A stretch of 64,000 nt of DNA from Candidatus Eiseniibacteriota bacterium (GTDB taxonomy: Bacteria > Eisenbacteria > RBG-16-71-46): positions 104,123 to 168,122 of the forward strand of contig JBBRLX010000006.1 in NCBI GenBank assembly GCA_038231135.1, given 5' to 3'. The notes beneath the pieces were generated by a model. It saw nothing but the letters and a program-made list of their open reading frames with translations. It ran no database searches and had not been told where the DNA came from. This document shows positions 26,813-37,000 of the stretch, piece by piece. A program made the position numbers and the translations under genes. The stretch's first letter is position 1; the number at the start of each line of letters is the position of its first letter.

Positions 26813-28294
26813 ATGCGCGGATCCACTGCCAGTTCTCGGTCACTCCGGTGTTCCCGTGTCACGGCACGCACGACGCTGCTCGCCGCCACGCTGCTGCTCC
26901 CGGCGGGCTGCAGCCTGCGCGCTCATGACCCATACGACGAGTCGCGGATGGATCTCCATCCGAAACCCGCGACGGTTTCGGACCGCCGCCATACGGGCGC
27001 GTTCACCTCGGGTGCGTCGATCAGCACCGCCCCGACCGTGGCGCCGCTGGATGGCGCGACGGACCGGACGATTCAGATCGACATCGTCGATCGCGTCGTC
27101 GAACTGGCGCCCGGAGTGCGATTCAGCGCATGGACGCTGGGGGGGCAGGTGCCCGGACCCGTGGTTCACGCGCGCGTGGGTGACACCATCCACTTCAGCA
27201 TGACGAACCGCAGTGACGAGATAATCCCCGGCGTGGCCTCGTTCCCCATGCCGATGATGCATTCGATCGACTTCCATGCCGCGATGGTTTCGCCGCAGGA
27301 CAAGTACCGGTCGATCGCCCCCGGGCAGACCATCCAGTTCGAGTTCCGGCTCAACTACCCGGGCGTCTTCATGTACCACTGCGGCACGCCGATGATCCTG
27401 GAACACATCGCCTCCGGCATGTACGGCATGTTCATCGTCGAACCGCGCGACGGCTACCCCACGAAGGCGGATCGCGAGTACGCGGTGATCCAGAGCGAGT
27501 TCTACACCAAACCCGACCCCGCGGGCCGCAAGGTGGATGGCGAGCCGCTGTATGTGCTCGACACCGAGAAGGTCCGGACGAAGGTCTCGACGTATACGAT
27601 CTTCAACGGGGTCTACAACGGGATGGTCGAACATCCGCTGATGGCGAAGCCCGGTGAACGGGTACGCCTGTTCGTCCTGAACGTGGGGCCGAGCAACACC
27701 TCGAGCTTCCACGTCGTGGGCACGTTGTTCGACCGGGTGTGGATGGACGGAAACCCCGACAATCAGTTCCGCGGGATGCAGACTGTCCTGCTCGGCTCGA
27801 GCAGCAGCACGATCGTCGAGTTCCGCATTCCCGAGAAGGGCAAATACGTGATGGTGGATCACCATTTCGCCAATGCCTCGCAGGGGGCGATCGGAGTCAT
27901 CGATGCCACGGGGGAGACACCCGAGCCTGCGGTCGCCTCGATCGAACACAACAATTTTCCGGCAACGCCCGGGACCCCCGGCGATCCCGACGCCGTGCAG
28001 GGCAAATTGCTGTTCGAGAGCAAGTGTTTCGTGTGCCACACGATCGGTCAGGGGCCGAAGATCGGGCCCGACCTGAAGGATGTGACCCGGCGGCGCGCGG
28101 ACATGTGGGTGACCCACTGGCTCGAAGCGCCGGAGAAGATGCTCGCGGTGGACGACACCGCGAAGGCCCTGCTCGCCCGGTTCAAGATCCCCATGCCGAA
28201 CCAGAGCCTGTCGCCGGACGACATCCGGCGGATGCTCGCCTATTTCCACTGGACGGCAGGCGGGGAGCTGGCGGGCAAGCCCGCGGGCGAGTGA
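26813..28294 (+). CDS. nirK: Copper nitrite reductase with C-terminal cytochrome c domain; lipoprotein
   Basis: Lipobox LPAGC; HSIDFH, YHCGT..EHIASGMYG, SSFHVVG, VDH; heme motif CFVCH..GPDL..MPNQ. Confidence 0.85.
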   Translation: MRGSTASSRSLRCSRVTARTTLLAATLLLPAGCSLRAHDPYDESRMDLHPKPATVSDRRHTGAFTSGASISTAPTVAPLDGATDRTIQIDIVDRVVELAPGVRFSAWTLGGQVPGPVVHARVGDTIHFSMTNRSDEIIPGVASFPMPMMHSIDFHAAMVSPQDKYRSIAPGQTIQFEFRLNYPGVFMYHCGTPMILEHIASGMYGMFIVEPRDGYPTKADREYAVIQSEFYTKPDPAGRKVDGEPLYVLDTEKVRTKVSTYTIFNGVYNGMVEHPLMAKPGERVRLFVLNVGPSNTSSFHVVGTLFDRVWMDGNPDNQFRGMQTVLLGSSSSTIVEFRIPEKGKYVMVDHHFANASQGAIGVIDATGETPEPAVASIEHNNFPATPGTPGDPDAVQGKLLFESKCFVCHTIGQGPKIGPDLKDVTRRRADMWVTHWLEAPEKMLAVDDTAKALLARFKIPMPNQSLSPDDIRRMLAYFHWTAGGELAGKPAGE

Positions 28295-28296
28295 CC

Positions 28297-28773
28297 ATGG
28301 GATTCGAGGGATTGGCAGGCAGGGTGTCCGGTCTGGCGGCGGCCGTGTTGCTGCTGGCGGGCATGCGATCGCCGGCGGCAGCGTGCGGGCACTGCATCGA
28401 GGACAAGGTGGCGGCGACGTACGACTATGGGGTACTCACCCGCGCGGCGCGCCGCGGCCACGTCGTCGTGTACACCGAGATTCGCGGGCCGGCCGCCGGC
28501 GCCGGCCCTGCAGTGAGGGCGTTCGTCGTGCGCGCCCTCGCCGCGATGCCCCGAGTCGATCCGGGCACGGTGCGCGTTTCCCTCGACCCGCCCGCGGCGT
28601 CATTTGCATGTGACCCCGCCGGCGATGCACCCCGGAAGCTGATCGAGGCCGTCTCCCCCCGGCTCGCGACGAAGGGGCTGAGCCTCGTCCTGATCGAGAT
28701 CGATCAGGGCTCCCGCTCGTTGTGGAAGACCGGCCGTGAGGCAGCACGCCGGATCAACATCGTCGCGCGGTGA
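28297..28773 (+). CDS. Secreted CxxC protein of unknown function
   Basis: Signal peptide ending PAAA, mature N-terminus CGHCIEDK; starts 3 nt after the nirK stop. Confidence 0.7.
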   Translation: MGFEGLAGRVSGLAAAVLLLAGMRSPAAACGHCIEDKVAATYDYGVLTRAARRGHVVVYTEIRGPAAGAGPAVRAFVVRALAAMPRVDPGTVRVSLDPPAASFACDPAGDAPRKLIEAVSPRLATKGLSLVLIEIDQGSRSLWKTGREAARRINIVAR

Positions 28774-29186
28774 GATTTATCGTTCCGCATATGTCAAGCA
28801 TGCGCCATGGCCCCACTCCGACTCCGTCGCGAATATGAGTACGGACCAGACCGCAGTCGCAACGAATGACAACTGCGATGCGATTGGTGAGTTGGAACGT
28901 GGCGGCGGCACGAACGAAACGCGCCAGATCATTGACCACGGCCCCGTTCAGTCGTCATGGTGCTGATATCGTAGAAACTAACAGCCCAATGTGAATGCGC
29001 TGCGCGGCAGGGACTCATCCATTTGGACCATGCCAGGGGTATCCCGGGGTTTGCCGTCCTGCGGTTCGCTCACAGCACCCGCCCGTCTCCAATCGGCCCG
29101 TAGCCCCCCATTTCAACACCGGCGATCATGACGTCGAACGCGGACCCACCCCGAGCGAATCGGGACCTTCCGCCAAGGAGGAACGT

Positions 29187-29867
29187 ATGAGATTTCGCAG
29201 AGGTGCGATCGCCACCGCCGTCGCCTGTGCGTCGGCATTCATGTTCACCGGGGTTGCCGCCCAGGCGAGCCCCGCAACGCCCGCGGGAATCGGATTGGGC
29301 CCGGGGAGCACACTCTGGCTCCAGGGATCCTCGAACCTGCACGAGTTCGAGGCGCGCACGACCGCGGTCACCGTCAAACTCACCGGCGATCCCGCCCAGC
29401 ACGCGCCCTCGACACCGGCCGAGATCGAGTCCTACCTGCGTGCGTCCGGCGTGCGCGGTCTCGAGGTCGACGTGCCCACGACGTCCCTGCACTCCGGAAA
29501 GACCGGGCTCGACAAGAACATGTGGAAGGACCTGCGGGCCGACCAGTATCCGGCGATCCAGTTCCATCTCACCCACTATACGGTGACCCCTCATGAAGGG
29601 TCCGGCGACACGCTCGTCGCCAGGGTGGAGGGCGCGCTCCGGATCGCGGGCAAGGAATGCCCCGTGGCGCTGTCGGTCAAGGGCCACCGCGGCGACGGGG
29701 GGCTGTGGTTCGAAGGCAGTCACGCGCTGCGCATGACGGACTTCGGCATCAAGCCGCGCACGATGATGCTCGGCACGCTGCGAGTCCGGGACGACGTCAC
29801 CGTTCACTTCCGGCTGCTGCTCGTGCCGGCAGTGTCCGCAGCACCTCTATCCGAAGGGAGTCGATAG
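29187..29867 (+). CDS. YceI family lipid/polyisoprenoid-binding protein
   Basis: AAGGAGG RBS; signal peptide; GSSNLHEF, SLHSGKTGLDKNM..L...YPAIQF, G.L.IAG, LRMTDFGIKP. Confidence 0.9.
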   Translation: MRFRRGAIATAVACASAFMFTGVAAQASPATPAGIGLGPGSTLWLQGSSNLHEFEARTTAVTVKLTGDPAQHAPSTPAEIESYLRASGVRGLEVDVPTTSLHSGKTGLDKNMWKDLRADQYPAIQFHLTHYTVTPHEGSGDTLVARVEGALRIAGKECPVALSVKGHRGDGGLWFEGSHALRMTDFGIKPRTMMLGTLRVRDDVTVHFRLLLVPAVSAAPLSEGSR

Positions 29868-29909
29868 ATGCAGACGCCGAATCTGAACACCAGACGAGGT
29901 GACGTGCGC

Positions 29910-31247
29910 ATGGGACTCGTCATGGCGCTCATGGTGCTGTGCGCCGGTCGCGCGTCCGCCCAGGACGCCGACTCGACCGAGTTCCACAACCCGTCAGCCC
30001 CCAGGGCGACAGCCCGGGCGAATCCGCAGCCGATCGTCATCTCGAACTTCCGGGCGCACGACTCGCGGGGCTTGAACGTGTTCGAGCCGCCCAAGGAGGA
30101 AGGCGTCGAGTACACCGGCTTCAAGCTGGAATGGGGCGCCGCGTTCACGCAGCAGTTCCAGGCACTGCGCCACACGAATACGGCGACGCCCAACGTCGTG
30201 GGCGGCGTCGACCAGAACCAGTTGATCAAGATCGGTTCCGGCACCAACAACGCCGACGCGAATCTGTACCTGGACGCCCAGATTGCGCGCGGCATCCGCG
30301 TCGCGCTGACCAGCTATCTGTCGTCCCGCCACCACAACGAGACGTGGGTGAAGGACGGCTACCTGCTGATCGACGGCTCGCCGTGGGAGAACGCGGCGCT
30401 GGACCATCTGTTCAAGTACCTGACCCTGCGCACGGGACACTTCGAGATCAACTATGGCGACATGCACTTCCGGCGCACGGACAACGGCGAGGCGATGTTC
30501 AATCCACTCGTCGGCAACCTGATCATGGACGCGTTCACGACCGAGATCGGCGCCGAGGCGTATCTGCGGGCCAACGGCTTTCTCGGCATGGCCGCGGTGA
30601 CCGGTGGAGAGGTGCACGGTCAGGTGGTGCTGCCCGAGCAGCGCTCACCGAGCATCATCGGCAAGGTGGGTTTCGACCGGCAGTTGACGCCCGATACGCG
30701 CGTTCGCCTCACCGGTTCGATCTACACCACGAGCAAGTCGAACAGCAACACGCTCTATAGCGGCAGTCGTGCGGGGTCCCGCTACTACTACGTGCTCGAG
30801 AACGTCAACGCCACCGAGTCCGCGCAGGCGTGGTCGGGCGATCTCCAGCCCGGTTTCAATCACAAGGTGACGGCCTGGGTCGTGAACCCGTTCGTCAAGT
30901 TCCACGGACTCGAGCTGTTCGGCAACATCGAGGAGGCCAAGGGGCGGAAGATCGCCGAGACGACCGACCGCACGTGGAATCAGTATGCCGGCGAAGCCGT
31001 GTACCGTCTCTGCAGCAATCAATTCTATCTCGCCGGCCGGTACAACGTGGCCAAGGGCCGGCCGTTCGGTTTCACCTCGGACGTGACCATCAACCGCCTG
31101 CAGGCTGGCGGCGGCTGGTTCCTGACGCCCAATCTCGAGGCGAAGGCCGAGTACGTGAACCAGGAATACAAGGACTACCCGCTGACCGACATCCACAGCG
31201 ACGGCAAGTTCCACGGCGTCATGGTCGAGGGCGTGGTGTCCTTCTGA
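29910..31247 (+). CDS. Outer-membrane beta-barrel (porin-like) protein
   Basis: Signal peptide ASA-Q; amphipathic strands; terminal EGVVSF (C-terminal Phe). Confidence 0.75.
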   Translation: MGLVMALMVLCAGRASAQDADSTEFHNPSAPRATARANPQPIVISNFRAHDSRGLNVFEPPKEEGVEYTGFKLEWGAAFTQQFQALRHTNTATPNVVGGVDQNQLIKIGSGTNNADANLYLDAQIARGIRVALTSYLSSRHHNETWVKDGYLLIDGSPWENAALDHLFKYLTLRTGHFEINYGDMHFRRTDNGEAMFNPLVGNLIMDAFTTEIGAEAYLRANGFLGMAAVTGGEVHGQVVLPEQRSPSIIGKVGFDRQLTPDTRVRLTGSIYTTSKSNSNTLYSGSRAGSRYYYVLENVNATESAQAWSGDLQPGFNHKVTAWVVNPFVKFHGLELFGNIEEAKGRKIAETTDRTWNQYAGEAVYRLCSNQFYLAGRYNVAKGRPFGFTSDVTINRLQAGGGWFLTPNLEAKAEYVNQEYKDYPLTDIHSDGKFHGVMVEGVVSF

Positions 31248-31258
31248 ACAGGTAGGCA

Positions 31259-31984
31259 ATGATCGCCGCGAGCGACGTTCGCAACATCAGCATCGAATGC
31301 GGTGAGCCCCCGGTCAGGCCGGGGGCCGCTCGCCGCGACCGATCAGGCCCCGCCCGGTTTGCGATGGTCCTGCTCGTCGTCGCGGGGTTCACGCGGGTCG
31401 GGACGGTGCGGGCGAACGACCACGAGCCCCGGGTCACGGTCGACAACGCCGGCAGCATCTGCCGGGTGGTGGGAGAATTCGGGGTGCCGGTGCCGGATTC
31501 GATCGCGTGGAGCGTGCTCACCGATTATGCCCACATCAGCCGGTTCGTACACTCGATGCGCTCGAGTACCGTCGAGCGGCGCGAGGGTGACCGGTTGCTC
31601 GTCCGCCAGGAGGCGGTCGGCGGCGTGCTGTTCTTTCGGCGCCGCGTCCGCGTGCTGCTCGAGATTCACGAGGAGGCGGGCCGCCGCATCAGCTTCCACG
31701 ACGTCTCCGGGCAGGACTTCCACAGCTACTCCGGAGTCTGGCGGATCGCGCGCGTCGGGTCGGGGACGCGCGTGGACTACGAGCTGGCGACGGATCCCCG
31801 CGCGAGCCTGCCGAAGTCCATGTACCGCGGAATCCTGCGCAACATGGTTCAGGATCTGCTCGATCAGGTCCGCTCCGAGATGCTGCGACGCTCCGGCGCC
31901 CTGGGCGCCGCGGGGCCCGGCGGTCCCGCGCCGCACGTTTCCGTCGCGGATCGCAGCCGTGGCACCATGGCATCCTCGCCCTAG
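31259..31984 (+). CDS. SRPBCC/polyketide cyclase (START-like) family protein, possibly exported (alternative start 31364)
   Basis: AWSVLTDYAHISRFV..M, DFHSYSGVWRI...TRVDY. Confidence 0.8.
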   Translation: MIAASDVRNISIECGEPPVRPGAARRDRSGPARFAMVLLVVAGFTRVGTVRANDHEPRVTVDNAGSICRVVGEFGVPVPDSIAWSVLTDYAHISRFVHSMRSSTVERREGDRLLVRQEAVGGVLFFRRRVRVLLEIHEEAGRRISFHDVSGQDFHSYSGVWRIARVGSGTRVDYELATDPRASLPKSMYRGILRNMVQDLLDQVRSEMLRRSGALGAAGPGGPAPHVSVADRSRGTMASSP

Positions 31985-32041
31985 CTGCCTGCGCTCGTCG
32001 GAGGCAGCCGCGTGAGTCACAGCGTGGACGGAACGGTGACC

Positions 32042-33253
32042 ATGATTGAGTCCCTGCGCGTACTCTGCCTCAACAGCGGATCGTCGTCGCTCAAGTTCGC
32101 CCTGTTCGACATGGGCGACAGCGAGGCGCAACTGGCGTGGGGCGCGGTCGAGTGCATCGGGGCGGCGCCGGCACGGATCTGGACCCGGACGGCGGATTCC
32201 CGTGATTCCGTGCGCGCCGAAGCCGACATCCCCGACGCGCGGCGGGCGCTCGAAGCCGCGTTCCGCGCGCTCGGGATTCCCGGCCGCAGCCTGCCGGCGG
32301 CGGTCGGCCACCGGATCGTGCACGGCGGTCCCGATCACGATGCGCCCGAATGGATCGATGCGCCGCTCGTCGCCACGCTGCGACGATTGATCCCCATGGC
32401 CCCGCTGCACCTGCCGCCGGTGCTGGATTGCATCGAGGCCGTCGCAACGCAGTTCCCCGGCCTGCCCCAGGTGGCCTGCTTCGACACCGCGTTCCATCGC
32501 CGCATGCCGGAGCTGGCACAGCGCCTCCCGCTGCCCCGCCCGTTGTGGGACGCGGGAATCCGGCGCTACGGGTTCCACGGACTCTCGTACGAGTACGTCG
32601 TCGAGCAGCTGGGCGCGGCCGGGCTCGGCCGGCTGATCATCGCCCATCTCGGCAACGGCGCGAGCATGGTCGCGGTGCGCGACGGCCGGCCGCTCGACAC
32701 GACGATGGGATTCACGCCGGCGGGCGGGTTCATGATGGGGACGCGCAGTGGCGATCTCGACCCCGGAGTCCTGCTCTACCTCCAGAGCGCGATGGGCTAC
32801 GACATCGAGGCGCTCGACCACCTGGTGAACCACGAGTCCGGTCTGCGCGGGGTATCGGGCGGCAGCTCCGACATGAAGACGCTGCTCGCGCAGCGCGGCA
32901 CGGATCCCGGCGCCGCGCTGGCCGTCGAGTTGTTCTGCCATCATTTGCGCAAGAACATCGGGGCGCTGGCCGCGGTGCTCGGGGGAGTCGACACGCTCGT
33001 GTTCACGGGCGGCATCGGCGAGCGTGCCGCCGCGGTGCGGGAGGAGGCGTGCCGCGGGCTCGCGCATCTGGGCATCCGCATCGATGTGGAACGTAACGCC
33101 CAGAACGAGTCCGTCATCAGCGATGCCACGGGCACCTGCACGGTGCGGGTCGTCGCCACGGACGAGGATCTCATGATCGCGCGGCACACCCGCCGGTTGC
33201 TGGCGGCGGGGGCGAAGGGGCGGGAAGCCGGCATGACGGCTCCCGGGGGCTGA
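32042..33253 (+). CDS. ackA: Acetate/propionate kinase
   Basis: NSGSSSLKF, GHRIVHGG, FDTAFH, RRYGFHGLSY, HLGNGAS, MGTRSGD.DP, FTGGIGE. Confidence 0.93.
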   Translation: MIESLRVLCLNSGSSSLKFALFDMGDSEAQLAWGAVECIGAAPARIWTRTADSRDSVRAEADIPDARRALEAAFRALGIPGRSLPAAVGHRIVHGGPDHDAPEWIDAPLVATLRRLIPMAPLHLPPVLDCIEAVATQFPGLPQVACFDTAFHRRMPELAQRLPLPRPLWDAGIRRYGFHGLSYEYVVEQLGAAGLGRLIIAHLGNGASMVAVRDGRPLDTTMGFTPAGGFMMGTRSGDLDPGVLLYLQSAMGYDIEALDHLVNHESGLRGVSGGSSDMKTLLAQRGTDPGAALAVELFCHHLRKNIGALAAVLGGVDTLVFTGGIGERAAAVREEACRGLAHLGIRIDVERNAQNESVISDATGTCTVRVVATDEDLMIARHTRRLLAAGAKGREAGMTAPGG

Positions 33254-33317
33254 TGCTCGAGGCTTCCACGGGAGTCACGCGCAGATCCCCCGGCCCGAAT
33301 CGTGGGGGCGCCTCCCC

Positions 33318-35882
33318 ATGAACGGCAGCAAGGCCATGGCCGGCAGGGCCGCGAGCCAACCGGCGTTCTGGACCGAGAGCCTCCCGGCACTCGAGGCCAG
33401 GCTCGGCGCGGACGAGGCGGGCCTCGACGATGCCGAGGCGCAGCGGCGCCTCGACGCGAACGGTCCCAACGTGCTGCGACCGCGTCACGAGCGGGCGATC
33501 GCGCTGCAATTTCTGTCGCGATTCGGCAACCCGCTCATCGTGTTGCTGCTCGCCGCCGCGATCATCTCGGGCTTCACCGGCGACCGCGCGAGCCTCACGA
33601 TCATCGCCGTCATCGTCGTGCTCAGCGTCACGCTCGACTTCGTCCAGGAATACCGGGCGGGGCGTGCCGCGGAGCGACTCCAGAGTTCGGTGGCGCTGAA
33701 GGCCACCGTCATGCGGAACGGCCGCTCCACCGAGATCGGAGCCGACCGCGTCGTGCCCGGCGACCGGATCCTGCTCGGACCGGGCAGCCTTGTTCCGGCG
33801 GACGGCCGCGTGCTCGAGGCGCGCGATTGTTTCGTCAACCAGGCGCTGTTGACGGGCGAATCGTACCCGGTCGAGAAGCGTCCCGGTGAACTCGCCGCCG
33901 CCGGCGCGGACCTCGCCGCCGCCACCAATGCCGTGTTCATGGGAACCTCGGTGATCGGCGGATCGGCCACGATCCTGGCGTGTCGAACGGGGCTCCAGAC
34001 GTCGCTCGGCGAGATCAGTGACAGCCTGGCCGTGCGGGCCCCCGCGACCGCGTTCGAGGCCGGGGTCCGCAGCTTCGGGCTGCTCGTGCTCCGGCTCGCC
34101 ATTCTGATGGTGTTGTTCGTGCTGCTCGTGAATGCAATGTTCCACCGGCCGTGGCTCGAATCGTTCCTGTTCGCCACGGCCCTGGCGGTCGGCCTCACCC
34201 CAGAACTGCTGCCGATGGTCGTGTCGATCACCCTGGCGCGCGGTGCGCTCCGGATGGCGAAGCAGCGCGTGATCGTCAAGCGGCTGCCGGCGATCCACAA
34301 CCTCGGCAGCATGGACGTCCTGTGCACCGACAAGACCGGCACGCTCACCGAGGCCAGGATCCGACTGCAGCGCCATTGGGACCCGCTCGGCAAGGACAGC
34401 CCCCGGGTCCTCCAGCTCGCCGTCCTGAACAGCTCCATGGGCACCGGGCTCAGGAGTCCGATGGACGAGGCGATCCTGAGTCACACCGAGGTCGACGTCC
34501 GCGACTGGAAGAAGATCGACGAGGTCCCGTTCGACTTCGAGCGGCGCTGCGTCTCGGTGCTCGCCGACGACAGCCACCGGCGGCTGCTGGTGGACAAGGG
34601 AGCGTTCGAGGACATTCTTCGCCACTGCACGAGCTACGAAGCCGGCGGCCCGGAGCACACCCTGCCGCTGGACGACGCGGCGCAGCGGATGCTGCACGCG
34701 ACGTTCGAATCGCTGGGACGCGAAGGGTTCCGGGTACTGGGGGTCGCGACGCGCGAGACCGCGCGCGATCAGGTCCACGCGGTCGTCGGCGACGAATCCG
34801 AGCTCGTGTTCGCCGGCTTCGCCGCGTTCGAGGACCCGCCCAAGGCGAGCGCGGGCGATGCCATCCGGGCGCTCGCGGCGAGCGGCATCACGATCAAGAT
34901 CGTGACCGGCGATCACGAGCTGGTGACGCAGCACGTCTGCGCGGAGCTGGGCCTGCCGGTCACCGGCATCGTCACCGGCGCCGAACTCCAGGGCATGGCC
35001 GACACGGCGCTCGCCGCCCGCGTCGAGACCGCGAACCTGTTCTGCCGCGTCACTCCGCCGCAGAAGAACCGGGTGATCGCGGCGCTCCGCAGCCGCCGCC
35101 ATGTCGTGGGCTACCTCGGCGACGGCATCAACGACGCGCCGGCACTGCACACCGCCGACGTCGGCATGTCCGTGTCCGACGCGGTGGACGTGGCGAAGGA
35201 GGCCGCCGACCTCATCCTGCTCGACCAGGACCTCGAGGTGATCCACCGCGGCGTGATCGAGGGCCGCCGCACGTTCGGTAACATCATGAAATACGTGCTG
35301 ATGGGAACCAGCTCCAACTTCGGGAACATGTTCAGCATGGCCGGCGGCACCCTGATGCTGCCGTTCCTGCCGATGCTGCCCGTGCAGATCCTGGTCAACA
35401 ACTTCCTGTACGACCTGTCCGAGATTCCCATTCCCATGGACAACGTGGACGCCGAATACCTGGATCGGCCACGCCATTGGGACATGGCCTCGATCCGTAG
35501 CTACATGCTCGTCGTGGGTTCGGTCAGCTCGGTGTTCGACTTCCTGACGTTCTACGTCATGCTTCATGTGTTTCACGCCGGGGAGGCGCTGTTCCACACC
35601 GGCTGGTTCGTCGAGTCCCTCGCCACGCAGGTGCTCGTCATCTTCGTGATTCGCACGCGCGGCAACCCGCTGCGTTCGAGACCCAGCCCCGTACTGGCCG
35701 TGACCTCGCTCGCCGTGGTCGCCGCCGCGACCGCCCTGCCGTACACGCCGCTCGGAGCCCGGCTGGGGTTCGTGCCGTTGCCGGGGCTGTTTTTTCTGAT
35801 CCTCGCGGGGATGGTGGTCGTCTATCTCGCGGCGGTCCAGGTGGTGAAGCTGTGGTTCTATCGCAAGTTTGCGACGGCGTGA
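33318..35882 (+). CDS. mgtA: Mg2+-transporting P-type ATPase
   Basis: [61 protein letters not shown]. Confidence 0.93.
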   Translation: MNGSKAMAGRAASQPAFWTESLPALEARLGADEAGLDDAEAQRRLDANGPNVLRPRHERAIALQFLSRFGNPLIVLLLAAAIISGFTGDRASLTIIAVIVVLSVTLDFVQEYRAGRAAERLQSSVALKATVMRNGRSTEIGADRVVPGDRILLGPGSLVPADGRVLEARDCFVNQALLTGESYPVEKRPGELAAAGADLAAATNAVFMGTSVIGGSATILACRTGLQTSLGEISDSLAVRAPATAFEAGVRSFGLLVLRLAILMVLFVLLVNAMFHRPWLESFLFATALAVGLTPELLPMVVSITLARGALRMAKQRVIVKRLPAIHNLGSMDVLCTDKTGTLTEARIRLQRHWDPLGKDSPRVLQLAVLNSSMGTGLRSPMDEAILSHTEVDVRDWKKIDEVPFDFERRCVSVLADDSHRRLLVDKGAFEDILRHCTSYEAGGPEHTLPLDDAAQRMLHATFESLGREGFRVLGVATRETARDQVHAVVGDESELVFAGFAAFEDPPKASAGDAIRALAASGITIKIVTGDHELVTQHVCAELGLPVTGIVTGAELQGMADTALAARVETANLFCRVTPPQKNRVIAALRSRRHVVGYLGDGINDAPALHTADVGMSVSDAVDVAKEAADLILLDQDLEVIHRGVIEGRRTFGNIMKYVLMGTSSNFGNMFSMAGGTLMLPFLPMLPVQILVNNFLYDLSEIPIPMDNVDAEYLDRPRHWDMASIRSYMLVVGSVSSVFDFLTFYVMLHVFHAGEALFHTGWFVESLATQVLVIFVIRTRGNPLRSRPSPVLAVTSLAVVAAATALPYTPLGARLGFVPLPGLFFLILAGMVVVYLAAVQVVKLWFYRKFATA

Positions 35883-35996
35883 CGGAGGCGAGGCTGGTTC
35901 GATGCATGTTGCGGTGGGTCCGTCGAGGACGCCGCCGCCGCAAGTAATGGCAAGGGCCTCCCGTCCGGGAGTCATTCATGAACAGGAGACTGAACC

Positions 35997-36398
35997 ATGG
36001 CAACGCAGGCAGGCTTGTGGATCGATCATCGGAAGGCCGTCATCGTGTCGGTGGCGGATGGACAGGAGGCAACGACCCAGGTGGATGCCGACGTCGAGAA
36101 GCACGTCCGGTACTCGGGCGGCACGGCATCGGGATCTCACGGGTCGCAGTCGGGAGGGGGCGAGGACACGCGGGAGCGACGGTTCGAAGGCGAACTCGCG
36201 AAGTATTATGACGAGGTGATCGCACACGTTCACAATGCGGAAGCCATCTTCGTACTGGGTCCCGGCGAAGCCAAGCTGGAGCTGAAGGCGCGGCTCGAGG
36301 CCAAGGGGCTGGGGGCCCGCATCGTGGGCATCGAGACGGCGGACAAGATGACGAACCCCCAGGTGGCGGCGCGGGTGCGGGCGCAGTTTCTGAAGTAG
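35997..36398 (+). CDS. Small eRF1-domain/host-attachment-like protein
   Basis: GLWIDHRKAVIV; LAKYYDEVI; IFVLGPGEAKLEL; ETADKMT..Q. Confidence 0.7.
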   Translation: MATQAGLWIDHRKAVIVSVADGQEATTQVDADVEKHVRYSGGTASGSHGSQSGGGEDTRERRFEGELAKYYDEVIAHVHNAEAIFVLGPGEAKLELKARLEAKGLGARIVGIETADKMTNPQVAARVRAQFLK

Positions 36399-36471
36399 CC
36401 ATGGGCTGCTGCGGACACAGCGATGCCGCCGGTGATCGCACGTCGCGATTCCAGGTCACGAAGGAGGTGTC

Positions 36472-36915
36472 ATGAGGGTGCTGGTGGGTGTGGACGATTC
36501 GCCCCATTCGGAATTGACACTGGAGTTCGTGCGGTCGATGTCGTGGCCCGCAGGCTCCACGATCGTCGTCGCCTCGGCCGCGCAATTGCCGTCCGGGGCC
36601 TATTCCGAGACCTATGCGCCGGTCGCGGTGGACGTCAGCGTCTGGCTCAAGGAGCTTACCCAACTCCACGAGGGCATCGCGTCCCGCGGCGCCCGCAGAC
36701 TCGCGGAGGCGGGGCTGAACACGCGGGCACTCGTCCTGCAGGGCGATCCGCGCGAGACGCTGGTCGAAACGGCGAGGACGGAACACGCCGACATGGTCGT
36801 CGTGGGTTCCCACGGTCGTACGGGACTCGAGAAGCTGCTGATGGGCAGCGTGGCCTCGCACGTGGTGACGCACGCGCCCTGCAGCGTGATGGTCGTCCGG
36901 CGACGGGTGGACTGA
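36472..36915 (+). CDS. Universal stress protein
   Basis: [35 protein letters not shown]; paralog of the 25110 gene. Confidence 0.95.
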   Translation: MRVLVGVDDSPHSELTLEFVRSMSWPAGSTIVVASAAQLPSGAYSETYAPVAVDVSVWLKELTQLHEGIASRGARRLAEAGLNTRALVLQGDPRETLVETARTEHADMVVVGSHGRTGLEKLLMGSVASHVVTHAPCSVMVVRRRVD

Positions 36916-37000
36916 TGCGCGGTGTGATCATCGCCGGGTTCCGGAACGCGCGGAGTTCCTGACGGAACCCAAGCTGCGACATCAGCCGCCGCCGCGACAG

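Noticed and set aside
24290..29180. FNR/Crp box (TTGAT-N4-ATCAA) in island promoters
   Set aside because: No convincing match noticed
32395..32420. APLHLP instead of APLHNP in acetate kinase
   Set aside because: A single substitution with all other motifs intact; insufficient to claim altered function
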